Below are positions 51,756-61,190 of a stretch of 64,000 bases of DNA, piece after piece. The stretch spans positions 1 to 64,000 of the forward strand of contig JBDRRP010000055.1 in NCBI GenBank assembly GCA_043825735.1, in the 5' to 3' direction. The stretch comes from Pseudomonadota bacterium. GTDB taxonomy: Bacteria; Desulfobacterota; Desulfobacteria; Desulfobacterales; JBDRRP01. Under the pieces are notes generated by a model that was not told where the DNA came from, searched no databases, and was given only the letters and a program-made list of their open reading frames with translations. The position numbers and the translations under genes are program-made. Numbering within the stretch: the stretch's first letter is position 1; each line of letters starts with the position of its first letter.

Positions 51756-53400
51756 CTGCAGCAACCACCCTCAGGACTTCTTCCAGGGATGTCTCAGAGG
51801 CGAGCACTTTTTTCAGGGCCTGTTTGATCAGCAGGCTGGTGCCCGATGCCACCGCTGCGGCCTCGATGGTACTGTGCAGCGCCCCTGTGAAGATGAGTTC
51901 CTCCATCGCCTTGTTGATTTTGATGACCTCGTAAATGCCGATCCGACCTGAATATCCGTTCTGGTTGCAGCTGTCGCATCCATTGGGCCGGGGAACCGCG
52001 ATCGGCGCCTCAAGTGCGTTGCGAACGAAGATTTCCGTCTCCTCGACGCTCGGCGGCGTCATGGCAAGACAGTGAGGGCAGATTTTCCGGATGAGCCGCT
52101 GGGCGACCACCAGCACCAGCGCGGTGGCGAGCAGACTGGCATTGATGCCGAGGTCGAGCAGCCGATTGATGGCGGAGGCCGCGTCATTGGTGTGAAGCGT
52201 CGAAAGGACGAGATGACCGGTGATCGACGCCCTCATGGCCAGTTCCGCCGTCTCCTGGTCCCTGATTTCCCCCACGAGGATAACGTCCGGGTCCTGGCGC
52301 ATGGCGGCCCTCAATGCATTGGAAAAGGTGAGGCCCGCTTTTGGATTGATGGCGGTCTGCCGAATGGTGGGGATCACGTACTCGATGGGATCTTCGATGG
52401 TCATGACGTTGATGTTGGGACTGTTGATGGTCATCAACGCCGAGTACAGTGACGTCGTTTTGCCGGATCCGGTGGGTCCCGTGGTGAGGATCAACCCGTA
52501 GGGCCGCCTTATGGATCGCCGGAAAAGGGCAAGGTCCGCGGCATCAAAACCCAGCCGCTCAAGGTCTCCCACGACTTCCTGGTACAGTAGAAGCCTCATA
52601 ACGACGGTCTCGCCGATCTGGGTGGGAAAGCTTGAAACCCGGAGGTTGAACTCGCTAAAGCGCCCCGTGTATTTGATTCTCCCGTCATGGGGGATGTTCG
52701 GGTTGGAGATGTCCATGTTGCCCATGATCTTGAATCGGGTGGCCAGGCTCTGATGGAACGATTTGGGAAAGAGATAGGTCTGATTTAGAACACCGTCGAC
52801 CCGGTAGTAGATCCGTGTCAAATTCACATCGGCCACGATGTGGATGTCACTGGCGCCCAGCATGCTGCCCTTTTCGATGATCAGGTCCGCGAGCTTGACG
52901 ATCTCATCTTCCTCGGAAGATTTGCCGGTGAGGGCGGCCGTAGCGATGCGCTCGATGTCCTCATCGATGGTTTTTGCCATTTTGTAGTAACGTTCAATGG
53001 CATTTTGAATCCATTCCCTCGGCGCAATGTAAGTTTGGACCTGGAAGCCGGTCAAGCGGGCCAGTTCATCTCTCGAAATGACATCAAAAGGATTGGTCGT
53101 CGCCATCTTGACGATCCCGCCGGCTATCTGAAAAGGAAAGACGCCGTGTGCGGTGACAAAGCTCAAAGGAATTTTGTCAATGACGCCGAGCTCGACGGTG
53201 GCGGTTTTTGTATCCAGAATCTGGGCACCGCTCTGTACGGCAAGGCACATCTGCAGTTGCTCGTCGGTGATCCAATCCAGCCGCTTCAGTACCTCGCCCA
53301 ACATTGTACCGGTCTTTTTGGCTTCCATCAGTGCCATGCTGAGCTGATCGTCGCCGATGTAGCCCATCTCGACCATCAGGTCTCCGAGCCTTTTCTTCAT
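51748..53400 (-). CDS. Pilus assembly ATPase (GspE/PilB/MshE) with MshEN domain
   Basis: RLGDLMVEMG N-terminus, ASDIH, GPTGSGKT, TIEDPIE, RQDPDVILVGEIRD, TGHLVLSTLH, CxxC pairs. Confidence 0.95.
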   Translation of the reverse strand: MKKRLGDLMVEMGYIGDDQLSMALMEAKKTGTMLGEVLKRLDWITDEQLQMCLAVQSGAQILDTKTATVELGVIDKIPLSFVTAHGVFPFQIAGGIVKMATTNPFDVISRDELARLTGFQVQTYIAPREWIQNAIERYYKMAKTIDEDIERIATAALTGKSSEEDEIVKLADLIIEKGSMLGASDIHIVADVNLTRIYYRVDGVLNQTYLFPKSFHQSLATRFKIMGNMDISNPNIPHDGRIKYTGRFSEFNLRVSSFPTQIGETVVMRLLLYQEVVGDLERLGFDAADLALFRRSIRRPYGLILTTGPTGSGKTTSLYSALMTINSPNINVMTIEDPIEYVIPTIRQTAINPKAGLTFSNALRAAMRQDPDVILVGEIRDQETAELAMRASITGHLVLSTLHTNDAASAINRLLDLGINASLLATALVLVVAQRLIRKICPHCLAMTPPSVEETEIFVRNALEAPIAVPRPNGCDSCNQNGYSGRIGIYEVIKINKAMEELIFTGALHSTIEAAAVASGTSLLIKQALKKVLASETSLEEVLRVVAADA

Positions 53401-53431
53401 CTGTGCTCCCCTGTTGAAATGGTGGCTGTCT

Positions 53432-54541
53432 TTATCGCGCCTGAACGGCAATGAAGGCCGTCAACTCCCGGATACGGGCTTGAACGGCCGTCGTTTCATC
53501 ACTCGAGACCGCTCCGTGTTCAAGAAATCGGGTATAATACTTAACCGCTGTCGGGAAATCCGCCAGACTGTCATACACCAGTGCAATATTGAAGAGCAGC
53601 CGCGGGTCGTTCGGCTGCAGCATCTCCGCCTTTCGATACCCTGCGATTGCCTCATCGAAGCGTCCGAGCCGGCTCAGTGCAACACTGCGGTGAAAGGCGA
53701 TTTCCCATGGCGGCGCACCGTTCATTTTTTCAGCCATATCGATATGCGCCAGTGCGCGCTCCGGCTGCCCAAGGCCGATTTCGGCAATGGCGCGATTGAT
53801 CAATACCTGAGGGTTGTCGGGCGCCAGAGCGCCCGCGGTGTCAAGGACGGGTATGGCCCGGGCAAAATCGGATACGGCGATATATGCCGCAGCAAGATTG
53901 ATAACGGCGCCGGTGTGTCCGGGATCTCTCGCGAGAGCGTCCCGGTACATCCGGATCGCCTCCGCGTAGCGCCCCTGTCGGTGATAGGAGAGCCCTTTTT
54001 GGAGAAACATCTCAGCCGTTCGGGAATCTGCCGCCGTTGTGACCCGGCGATGGGGGGTTTTTTGGAGGGCGCTTTTTACCGGAGCCGATACCCGCGACCG
54101 GGGAACAACGGCAGGGACAGCGGCCACCGTCGGTTTTGGCTGGACAAGAGCGGTGACTTCCGTGTGGGGTTCAAGCGTTTTCGTCTCTCCCTGGCGCCCC
54201 CCTGCGCTCTCTGCCACCGTCTCGGGAGGTGCCGATGGCACCACCGTCTCCGGAGGTGCCGATGGCGGCGCTGCCGGTGGGGCGGGGGCCGCCGGTGGCA
54301 GGGGGTCGCGTGGGTGGGCCACCACGATGTCTGCCGGCGGAGCCTTCAAGTAAAAATAATCGATGGCGGCCAGCCCCCCCAGAATACCCGCGGCAACCAC
54401 AGCAAGCGCCACGATATAGCGCCGCGTCTTCTTCTGGCTGCCCGAAGACGGTGATCGCAGCCCCGGAGGTATCGAACCGCGCTTCCGGTCTCCTTCCCGG
54501 GCTTTTTTTCTCATGGCCTCATTTAACATGCTCATCGGCAA
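53432..54541 (-). CDS. Membrane-anchored TPR protein (MshN-like)
   Basis: MSMLNEAMRK, TM, Pro/Ala linker, several TPR repeats. Confidence 0.8.
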   Translation of the reverse strand: MPMSMLNEAMRKKAREGDRKRGSIPPGLRSPSSGSQKKTRRYIVALAVVAAGILGGLAAIDYFYLKAPPADIVVAHPRDPLPPAAPAPPAAPPSAPPETVVPSAPPETVAESAGGRQGETKTLEPHTEVTALVQPKPTVAAVPAVVPRSRVSAPVKSALQKTPHRRVTTAADSRTAEMFLQKGLSYHRQGRYAEAIRMYRDALARDPGHTGAVINLAAAYIAVSDFARAIPVLDTAGALAPDNPQVLINRAIAEIGLGQPERALAHIDMAEKMNGAPPWEIAFHRSVALSRLGRFDEAIAGYRKAEMLQPNDPRLLFNIALVYDSLADFPTAVKYYTRFLEHGAVSSDETTAVQARIRELTAFIAVQAR

Positions 54542-54592
54542 TCACCCATCCATCGAAACAAAGCAAGACCGGTTCGGCGCGCAGCCAGTGTT

Positions 54593-56377
54593 TTAGCGCG
54601 GCACCACGCTGGCTTCCAATCCCATGGCGGCGATGTCACTGGCCAATGTCTGCGCGCCGTCATAGGTCACAAAAGCGCCGGAGAATACCCTGTAACGATC
54701 GTCACCGACCGCCCGGACAATGACCTCGGTCTGCCGTCCTTCCAGTGTTTCACGAATCGCGGTCACACCCTGAGAGGACGCGCCATCCGCGATCAGTACC
54801 GTCCAGGGCGCCATGACCACCATAGCCTCGCCGAGCCCCTTGGCGGACCTGAAGGCAAACGCTTCCGCCCGGGAGCTGAACCGGCCGGCAAACAGCCGGA
54901 ACCAGACCCCTTTATCTCCTAAATCGACGCGGGTCCAATGGGTATCGATTCCTGCCGCTGCGTACTGCTGATGCGCCTTTTGGGTCCGCTGCAGCGTTCG
55001 ATAGGATCCGAACTGAAGCATGAAGGATACAGTCGGCTGGATGGACGCAATGCCGTCATGGGATACCGGAACCGGTTTTTCAAGGGTCCCGTCATCTCCT
55101 GCTCCAAAAGTGGCCGATGGCGGCAGATCGGCAGGTGTCTTTTCCTGAACCGTTTTGTCTTCGCCACTCGGAGCAGCGGCGTGCTGGGACGGAACATTCG
55201 TCAGGGGCGGCGGCACCCGGTGTCGCTCACCCATGAAAGGCGAAGACGGCTCGGCCGCCGGCGCTGTCGCTGAAACCACCGGTCCTTCGGCAGCGGTAGG
55301 CGCCGACGCGGCGCCCGCACGCGCGATCGCCATCCCAGCAGGGGCTTCCGGCTTCAGACGGGCGCTCGGTATCACCCCGAAACCATTCTTGTAAAACAGC
55401 GCCGCCCACAGGGCGCCGATCACCAGCAGCACACCACACGCAGCTGCCAGCTTCCTCAGGGGGCTTGTCAGCAGAGCGCTCTTGCGCATCGCGTCCGTCC
55501 CCGGCGCCAGATGCCGGAATTCCAGGCTGCCGATTTCCCGCTCGGCGTTTTTGACATGTCGGGGGCTGATGGTGAATGAATTGGATACATAAGCGGCGGT
55601 CATGGCATAGTCACAAATGGTATTGATCAGGCGGGGAATCCCTCCGGACACCCTGGCGACTTGCTGCTTGGCCTTTCGGGTGAACCGGACCTGCCCTTTG
55701 TTCCCGGCCACAAACAGCCTTCTGTCGATGTAGCCCTCGACCTCTGAGGCCGATAGAAGCTCGAGATGGCAGTTAATGACCACCCGCTGCCGAAGTTGCC
55801 GGATCTCCGGACGGGAAATGATATCGATGAGTTCCGGCTGCCCCACGAGCACCATTTGCAGCAATTTTTCCTTATCTGTCTCCAGGTTTGAAAGAAGACG
55901 CAAGTCCTCCATGGCGTCGATGGGCATGGTCTGCGCATCGTCGATAATGATCACCACCGGGCGGCGCTCGCTGGCAGCAAGTGCAAACCGGTTCAAATGA
56001 TCGATCAGTACCTTTTTGGTGGCATCCGGCGGGTATTCGATACCGAGATCATCGAGAATGCCGGAGAGCAGCTCCATTTTTGAGACGGACGGGTTGATGA
56101 TGTAGACCGTTTCGGCATGTCCATCAAGGCGGTCCAGGATGGATCGGCACAGCGTTGTCTTTCCGGTCCCGACTTCTCCGGTGAGCAGGATAAATCCGCT
56201 GCGATTACTGATGCCGTAAAGGGTCTTGTCGATGACGCTCTGATGCGTATTGGAAAAGTAGAGAAACTCCGGATCTGGTGTAATTGAAAACGGGGCTTCC
56301 TGGAGATTGAAAAAATCAAGGTAGAGACGCTCTTTCCCCGAGCCCGCGATTTCACTGCCATTGCGTGATATTTTCAT
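54593..56377 (-). CDS. ExeA/GspA/MshM-family AAA ATPase with C-terminal SPOR-like domains
   Basis: YLDFFNLQEAPFSITPDP, GEVGTGKT, IIDDAQ, LVGQPEL, GIPRLIN; TM; LQFGSY...WFRLFAGRFSSR. Confidence 0.9.
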   Translation of the reverse strand: MKISRNGSEIAGSGKERLYLDFFNLQEAPFSITPDPEFLYFSNTHQSVIDKTLYGISNRSGFILLTGEVGTGKTTLCRSILDRLDGHAETVYIINPSVSKMELLSGILDDLGIEYPPDATKKVLIDHLNRFALAASERRPVVIIIDDAQTMPIDAMEDLRLLSNLETDKEKLLQMVLVGQPELIDIISRPEIRQLRQRVVINCHLELLSASEVEGYIDRRLFVAGNKGQVRFTRKAKQQVARVSGGIPRLINTICDYAMTAAYVSNSFTISPRHVKNAEREIGSLEFRHLAPGTDAMRKSALLTSPLRKLAAACGVLLVIGALWAALFYKNGFGVIPSARLKPEAPAGMAIARAGAASAPTAAEGPVVSATAPAAEPSSPFMGERHRVPPPLTNVPSQHAAAPSGEDKTVQEKTPADLPPSATFGAGDDGTLEKPVPVSHDGIASIQPTVSFMLQFGSYRTLQRTQKAHQQYAAAGIDTHWTRVDLGDKGVWFRLFAGRFSSRAEAFAFRSAKGLGEAMVVMAPWTVLIADGASSQGVTAIRETLEGRQTEVIVRAVGDDRYRVFSGAFVTYDGAQTLASDIAAMGLEASVVPR

Positions 56378-56429
56378 GATAGGATCCCCATCGTTTCGGG
56401 AAGACCACGCTGCGGACATGAGGGCGCCG

Positions 56430-56852
56430 TCATATCGAATCGACCAGTTTTTTTATGCCGCGCTCCTGCTCCTCGGTCATATCCTTGAATTGAATGCCGA
56501 TGCCCCGCGGGTTCATCCTCACGACCTCACCTTTGATTTCGATCGGCCCGGCCATACCCGGAGCCGTAAACGAGAGCGAAATTTCTCTTCCGAGGGCCAT
56601 CGGTCGGCTGTTTTCGACAAAAATGCCGCTGTAGCTGATATCATGCGCCGTTCCGTTGAGCCGATCATCGGGAGTGGTGATGTTGATTTTAATAAAGCAG
56701 ACTTTCCTCAGCTCTTTGCGATTGCCTTTCAGAGGCAATTGTTCTGCGTTCTTCAACAGAAGGAGCAGGCTTTTGTCGGAAAGGTTATCAATCAGCGCCA
56801 ACAGCCTTGATTTGACATATTGCGTGTCAACGGCCTTTTCGGATTTCATCAT
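56430..56852 (-). CDS. PilZ domain protein
   Basis: RKELR (RxxxR) and DISYSG (DxSxxG), GEVVR, GIGIQF. Confidence 0.88.
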   Translation of the reverse strand: MMKSEKAVDTQYVKSRLLALIDNLSDKSLLLLLKNAEQLPLKGNRKELRKVCFIKINITTPDDRLNGTAHDISYSGIFVENSRPMALGREISLSFTAPGMAGPIEIKGEVVRMNPRGIGIQFKDMTEEQERGIKKLVDSI

Positions 56853-56983
56853 CCCCCCTTTGGTGATGGACCTTTGAAGATCACAATGGTAAATGATGAC
56901 AGACCAATGGTCAACATCAGAAGGGCTGCGACGCAGCCGATGTTTTGGCATTCATCAACCACTGATGTCACCCGGAGGCTGTC

Positions 56984-57526
56984 ATGCGATATGTAACCAC
57001 AGCGATCGTCTTGCTGCTGACGCTCTCACTCCAATTAGAATTGCAGGCCGGCGAAATATACAAATGGACCGATAAAAACGGGGTGGTTGTCATCACCAAT
57101 ATCCGCCCCCCCAAGGAAGTCAGGTCGCCGAAGATTATTGTCTACCCGGATTCGCCTATTGCAGGTGGGGAAACGGTGACGCCGGAGGCTCCCATCGAGA
57201 ACGCGGAAACCCGGCAGGCGAACGTTCGACTGGAGAAAGCCCGCGAGGAGGCTGAAGCTGCCAAGGTGCGTGCGCAGGAAGCGCAGAAAACCGCAGACGA
57301 CTATGCCACCAAACTGGCGCCAAGGAACCAAAAAAAACGCTCTGTTTATAACCGGCGGGCCAGGCTGAGCGAAGCATCGGCGGAAGAGGCTCAGTTGGAA
57401 CTTCTGAAAGCCGAACAAAACGTGGTGAAAGCCGAAGCGGCCGCAATGGCTCTGGAAAAAAGCGCCCTGGATGCCGAAAACCGTACCGCCCCCGCTGACA
57501 AAGAAAACGCCTCTCAGGGTCCCTGA
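56984..57526 (+). CDS. DUF4124-type secreted protein
   Basis: Signal peptide; EIYKWTDKNGVVVITNIRPP; coiled-coil tail. Confidence 0.8.
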   Translation: MRYVTTAIVLLLTLSLQLELQAGEIYKWTDKNGVVVITNIRPPKEVRSPKIIVYPDSPIAGGETVTPEAPIENAETRQANVRLEKAREEAEAAKVRAQEAQKTADDYATKLAPRNQKKRSVYNRRARLSEASAEEAQLELLKAEQNVVKAEAAAMALEKSALDAENRTAPADKENASQGP

Positions 57527-57552
57527 GCAATTGAGCACTGGATAGGATCATC

Positions 57553-58575
57553 ATGGGAAACGAAGTAATCATTCTGATCGCCGAGGCCATGATTGTATAT
57601 TTTCTGGTGCTGTGGGCGCACTCGCTGCGCCACCGGTTCGGGCCGGTGCATTTTTATGCCCTTATGGGCGGCATCACCGCCATCATGAGTTGGGTCACCG
57701 ATGCCGGTCTGGCCGTCCATGTGGCGGGGATCACCTTTGTCGTGGGCTCGACGGTATTTTATACATCGCTGCTGTTGGGCGTGTTCGTCGTTTATGTATT
57801 TGATGGTCCACGGGCGACACGCATCGCCATATCCACTGTCGTCGGCGTATCGATCATGGTGCCCATCATCGCGGTGGCCCTGCATTTTCAGGCTGGGCTC
57901 ATGGGCAGTGCCGCAATCGCCAATGTCCCCCTGCCGGATCTGCGCATAAACACCGCATCCGTTGTAGCCACCCTGCTGGATCTCGTCTTTTTGGCCATTG
58001 CCTGGGAATACCTGGGCAAAGGCACCCTGAAACTGCCGCTCTGGATTCGGGCGTATCTGACCCTTCTGGGGGTTATGTGGCTGGACGTGCTGCTATTTGC
58101 AACCGGTGCCTTTGCCGGCTCGCCGTCCTACCTTGCAATCATGCAGGGCACCGCCATCAGCCGATTTATCATCGCCGCTATTGCCCTGCCATTTCTCTAC
58201 GGGTACCTCATGTGGCAAAGCCGGCTCAAAGGTCTCTCTATTGAAAGCCGGCCCGTCCTGGCCATTATGAAACAAGTGGCCGAAATACGAATGGAACTCA
58301 CCCTGGCTCAGCAGGAAATCGAGCGCCGAAGGGCGGCCGAAAAGGAACGCGACCAACTCATTGGTGAGCTTCAAAAAGCCCTGACCGAGGTCAAGACGCT
58401 GCAGGGCTTTTTGCCCATCTGTTGCCACTGCAAAAGCATCCGTGACGATGAAGGTTACTGGAACCGTCTGGAGGCATATATCGAACGGCACTCCGATGCC
58501 GAATTCTCCCACAGCATCTGCCCCACTTGCGCCAAGGCGCATTATCCGGACCTGGATCTGCCGTCCAGTCTTTGA
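57553..58575 (+). CDS. Multi-TM membrane protein with coiled coil and Cys/His-rich C-terminal module
   Basis: About 7 TMs; LQGFLPICCHCKSIRDDEGYW...FSHSICPTC. Confidence 0.75.
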   Translation: MGNEVIILIAEAMIVYFLVLWAHSLRHRFGPVHFYALMGGITAIMSWVTDAGLAVHVAGITFVVGSTVFYTSLLLGVFVVYVFDGPRATRIAISTVVGVSIMVPIIAVALHFQAGLMGSAAIANVPLPDLRINTASVVATLLDLVFLAIAWEYLGKGTLKLPLWIRAYLTLLGVMWLDVLLFATGAFAGSPSYLAIMQGTAISRFIIAAIALPFLYGYLMWQSRLKGLSIESRPVLAIMKQVAEIRMELTLAQQEIERRRAAEKERDQLIGELQKALTEVKTLQGFLPICCHCKSIRDDEGYWNRLEAYIERHSDAEFSHSICPTCAKAHYPDLDLPSSL

Positions 58576-58652
58576 CACCGTTGTCGCCTGTAACGGTCAC
58601 CGGCCGTTACAGCCCATGGACTTTTTTTATATGCCGGTTTGGCTTTTTTCCA

Positions 58653-58687
58653 ACTCGAACCCTTGGCCCCCGGGCCCCTTGAACCCT
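58653..58687. repeat. 8-nt-period triad (family also at 12608-12634)
   Basis: ACTCGAACCCTTGGCCCCCGGGCCCCTTGAACCCT. Confidence 0.6.
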
Positions 58688-58705
58688 TTATCGTGAGGTC
58701 TTCCC

Positions 58706-59107
58706 ATGCCCCCATCTTCTTCCGACACCCATCTCAAATCCATCGGCTACATCCTCTGGCTCTTCGGTTTTACCGGCTCGCACCGGTTTTACTACGGCAA
58801 GCCGGTTACCGGAACCATCTACTTTTTCACCTTCGGACTGTTTCTCATCGGCTGGATCGTGGATTTATTTCTCATCCCGGGCATGGACAAGGAGGCCGAC
58901 CGGCGCTTTCATGGCGGAATCGTTGATTATAACCTGGCCTGGATTCTGCTCACATTCCTGGGGTTGTTAGGAATCCACCGGATGTACATGGGAAAATGGT
59001 TCACCGGCCTCATCTACCTGCTCACCGGGGGCCTCGTCGGCATCGGGCTCCTCTATGATTTCTGGACCCTGAACGAGCAGGTGTCCATACTCAACAGCGG
59101 GGCCTGA
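58706..59107 (+). CDS. TM2 (NINE) domain protein, two copies
   Basis: GFTGSHRFYYGK...GWIVDLF and GLLGIHRMYMGK...LYDFW. Confidence 0.9.
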   Translation: MPPSSSDTHLKSIGYILWLFGFTGSHRFYYGKPVTGTIYFFTFGLFLIGWIVDLFLIPGMDKEADRRFHGGIVDYNLAWILLTFLGLLGIHRMYMGKWFTGLIYLLTGGLVGIGLLYDFWTLNEQVSILNSGA

Positions 59108-59111
59108 TGAC

Positions 59112-59765
59112 ATGAAGCACCGGTTGATATTCCTTTTGTCATTTTTCCTATTCTGGGGCCCCTGCGGCACTGCCGGTGCGATGCCGGTGGAAACCGGCTC
59201 TTTCAGCACACCGGAACTGGTTGAACTCGTCACCCTGAATCCGGACTTCAAACTGGATATCCGCTATGCCACGGCCAACAACTTTGTGGGAGAAGCCGTT
59301 TATCCTGAAGCGCGTGCTTTTCTGCAACGGCCGGCAGCCGAGGCACTCGTACGGGTGCTCGCGGCGGTAAAGACCCGTGGATACGGCCTCATGATCTTTG
59401 ACGCCTATCGCCCATGGCACGTGACCCGACTGTTCTGGGACCGTTTTCCCGATTTCCGGGAGTACCTGGCAGATCCGGCCGTCGGTTCGCGCCACAACCG
59501 AGGCTGCGCCGTTGATCTCACACTCTACGATCTTTCAACCGGCATAGCGGTGACCATGCCCAGCGCCTACGACGATTTCACCGAACGGGCCCATCCGGAA
59601 TACACCGGCGGCACGGCAGCTGCGCGGGCGGCACGGGATTTCCTTCGAAAAGCCATGGCGGACGAAGGCTTCACCGTTTACGAAAACGAGTGGTGGCACT
59701 TCGACTACCGCAACTGGCAGCGATACCCCATCATGGACCTGGCCTTTTCAGAAATCCTCAAATAG
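59112..59765 (+). CDS. D-Ala-D-Ala dipeptidase (M15D, VanX/DdpX-like) with signal peptide
   Basis: DIRYATANNF, FDAYRP, SRHNRGCAVDLT, EWWHF. Confidence 0.93.
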   Translation: MKHRLIFLLSFFLFWGPCGTAGAMPVETGSFSTPELVELVTLNPDFKLDIRYATANNFVGEAVYPEARAFLQRPAAEALVRVLAAVKTRGYGLMIFDAYRPWHVTRLFWDRFPDFREYLADPAVGSRHNRGCAVDLTLYDLSTGIAVTMPSAYDDFTERAHPEYTGGTAAARAARDFLRKAMADEGFTVYENEWWHFDYRNWQRYPIMDLAFSEILK

Positions 59766-59785
59766 CGAAATCCGTTACCGCCATT

Positions 59786-60376
59786 ATGAGCATCGAAGCA
59801 TTCATTAGCGCCTACGGTTACCCGGCCGTTTTGCTCGGGACCTTCCTCGAAGGTGAAACCACCCTGGTGATGGCCGGCTTTCTGGCCCACCGGGGTTATC
59901 TGTCCCTGCCGGTGGTTCTGGCCACGGCCTTTGTCGGCACATTCATCGGTGACCAACTGTTTTTTCATATCGGCCGATACAAAGGCACGGCAATACTGGA
60001 AAAACGGCCTCACTGGAAAGTACGCACCCAGCGGGCATTCGCACTGCTTCACCAGCACCAGGTGAAGCTGATCCTGGGTTTTCGATTTCTCTATGGCCTG
60101 CGGTCAGTAACCCCGTTCGTCATCGGGGCCAGCAGAATATCGCCATGGCGATACCTGTGTTTCAGTCTCATCGGCGGAGCCTTTTGGACCGTGACTGTCG
60201 GTTCTGCGGGATACCTTCTGGGCAATGCCATCGAAGTCCTGCTGGATGAAATCAAACACTATGAAAAATGGATACTGGCAGGGATGGCCGCGGTCGGTCT
60301 GGCGTCATGGATGGTTCACCGGTTGATCGAAAGCCGCAACACCGGAATCATCGACCGACAACAAGAAAAGCGATGA
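59786..60376 (+). CDS. DedA family membrane protein
   Basis: GTFLEGET, GDQLFFHIGR, FRFLYGLR. Confidence 0.93.
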   Translation: MSIEAFISAYGYPAVLLGTFLEGETTLVMAGFLAHRGYLSLPVVLATAFVGTFIGDQLFFHIGRYKGTAILEKRPHWKVRTQRAFALLHQHQVKLILGFRFLYGLRSVTPFVIGASRISPWRYLCFSLIGGAFWTVTVGSAGYLLGNAIEVLLDEIKHYEKWILAGMAAVGLASWMVHRLIESRNTGIIDRQQEKR

Positions 60377-60439
60377 CGGCGCCAATCATTCATCGCGTCA
60401 TCCGATCGAAAAGACGACTTAAAAAGGAGAGCGGGTTAT

Positions 60440-61180
60440 ATGAAAGCGGTTTACTACAATTGATTCAAGGGCCCGGTCACCATCGAAAATCTGCCCGATC
60501 CGAGCCCGTCGCCCGGCGGGGTCGTTCTGCGGGTGTCGGCCACCGGCCTGTGCTTGAGCGACTGGCACGGCTGGATGGGCCATGACCCGGACATCACCCT
60601 GCCCCACGTACCCGGTCACGAACTGGCCGGAGTTGTCGAAGCGGTCGGCCGCAACGTCACCCGGTGGCGTCCGGGTGATCGGGTGACACTGCCCTTTGTC
60701 TGCGGCTGCGGCGGTTGTCCCCAGTGCGCATCGGGCAATCACCAGATCTGTGATCGCCAGTTTCAACCGGGATTCACTCACTGGGGGTCCTTTGCCCAAT
60801 GGGTGGCCATCGACTACGCCGATGTTAATCTGGTCCGGTTGCCCGACGAGATCACCGACGTCGCCGCCACCTGCCTTAATTCCATCGCCGGCCTGAGAAA
60901 ACGCGGCCGCCACGTTCAGGTGGGACTCATGACCGGCGCTCTCAGCCAGCCGGCCATCCCCATGGCCCAGATCATCGCCAACGAGTTGGTGATCCTCGGC
61001 AGCCATGGCATCCAGGCCCATCGCTACGGACCGCTGCTGGACATGATCCGCTCCGGAAAGCTGGCGCCTGAAAAACTCGTGGGCCAAACGGTGCCGCTCA
61101 CGGCGGTGCCCGCCCTGCTGCCGGCCATGGACCGGTTTTCGAACGTGGGGGTCGCGGTCGTCGATATGAATCGGGCTTAG
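60440..61180 (+). pseudogene. Zinc-dependent alcohol dehydrogenase pseudogene
   Basis: AAGGAG RBS, MKAVYYN then in-frame TGA (60461-63); GHE and CGCGGCPQC...C motifs present; no GxGxxG NAD-binding segment (jump at [11 protein letters not shown]). Confidence 0.85.
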
Positions 61181-61190
61181 ATTCATTTTG

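Noticed and set aside
59112..59765. Vancomycin resistance locus
   Set aside because: Lone VanX/DdpX-like peptidase; no vanH/A or vanRS
60461..60463. Second selenocysteine codon in the ADH gene
   Set aside because: Not a Cys position in this family, no convincing SECIS-like hairpin, and the gene has a second large lesion
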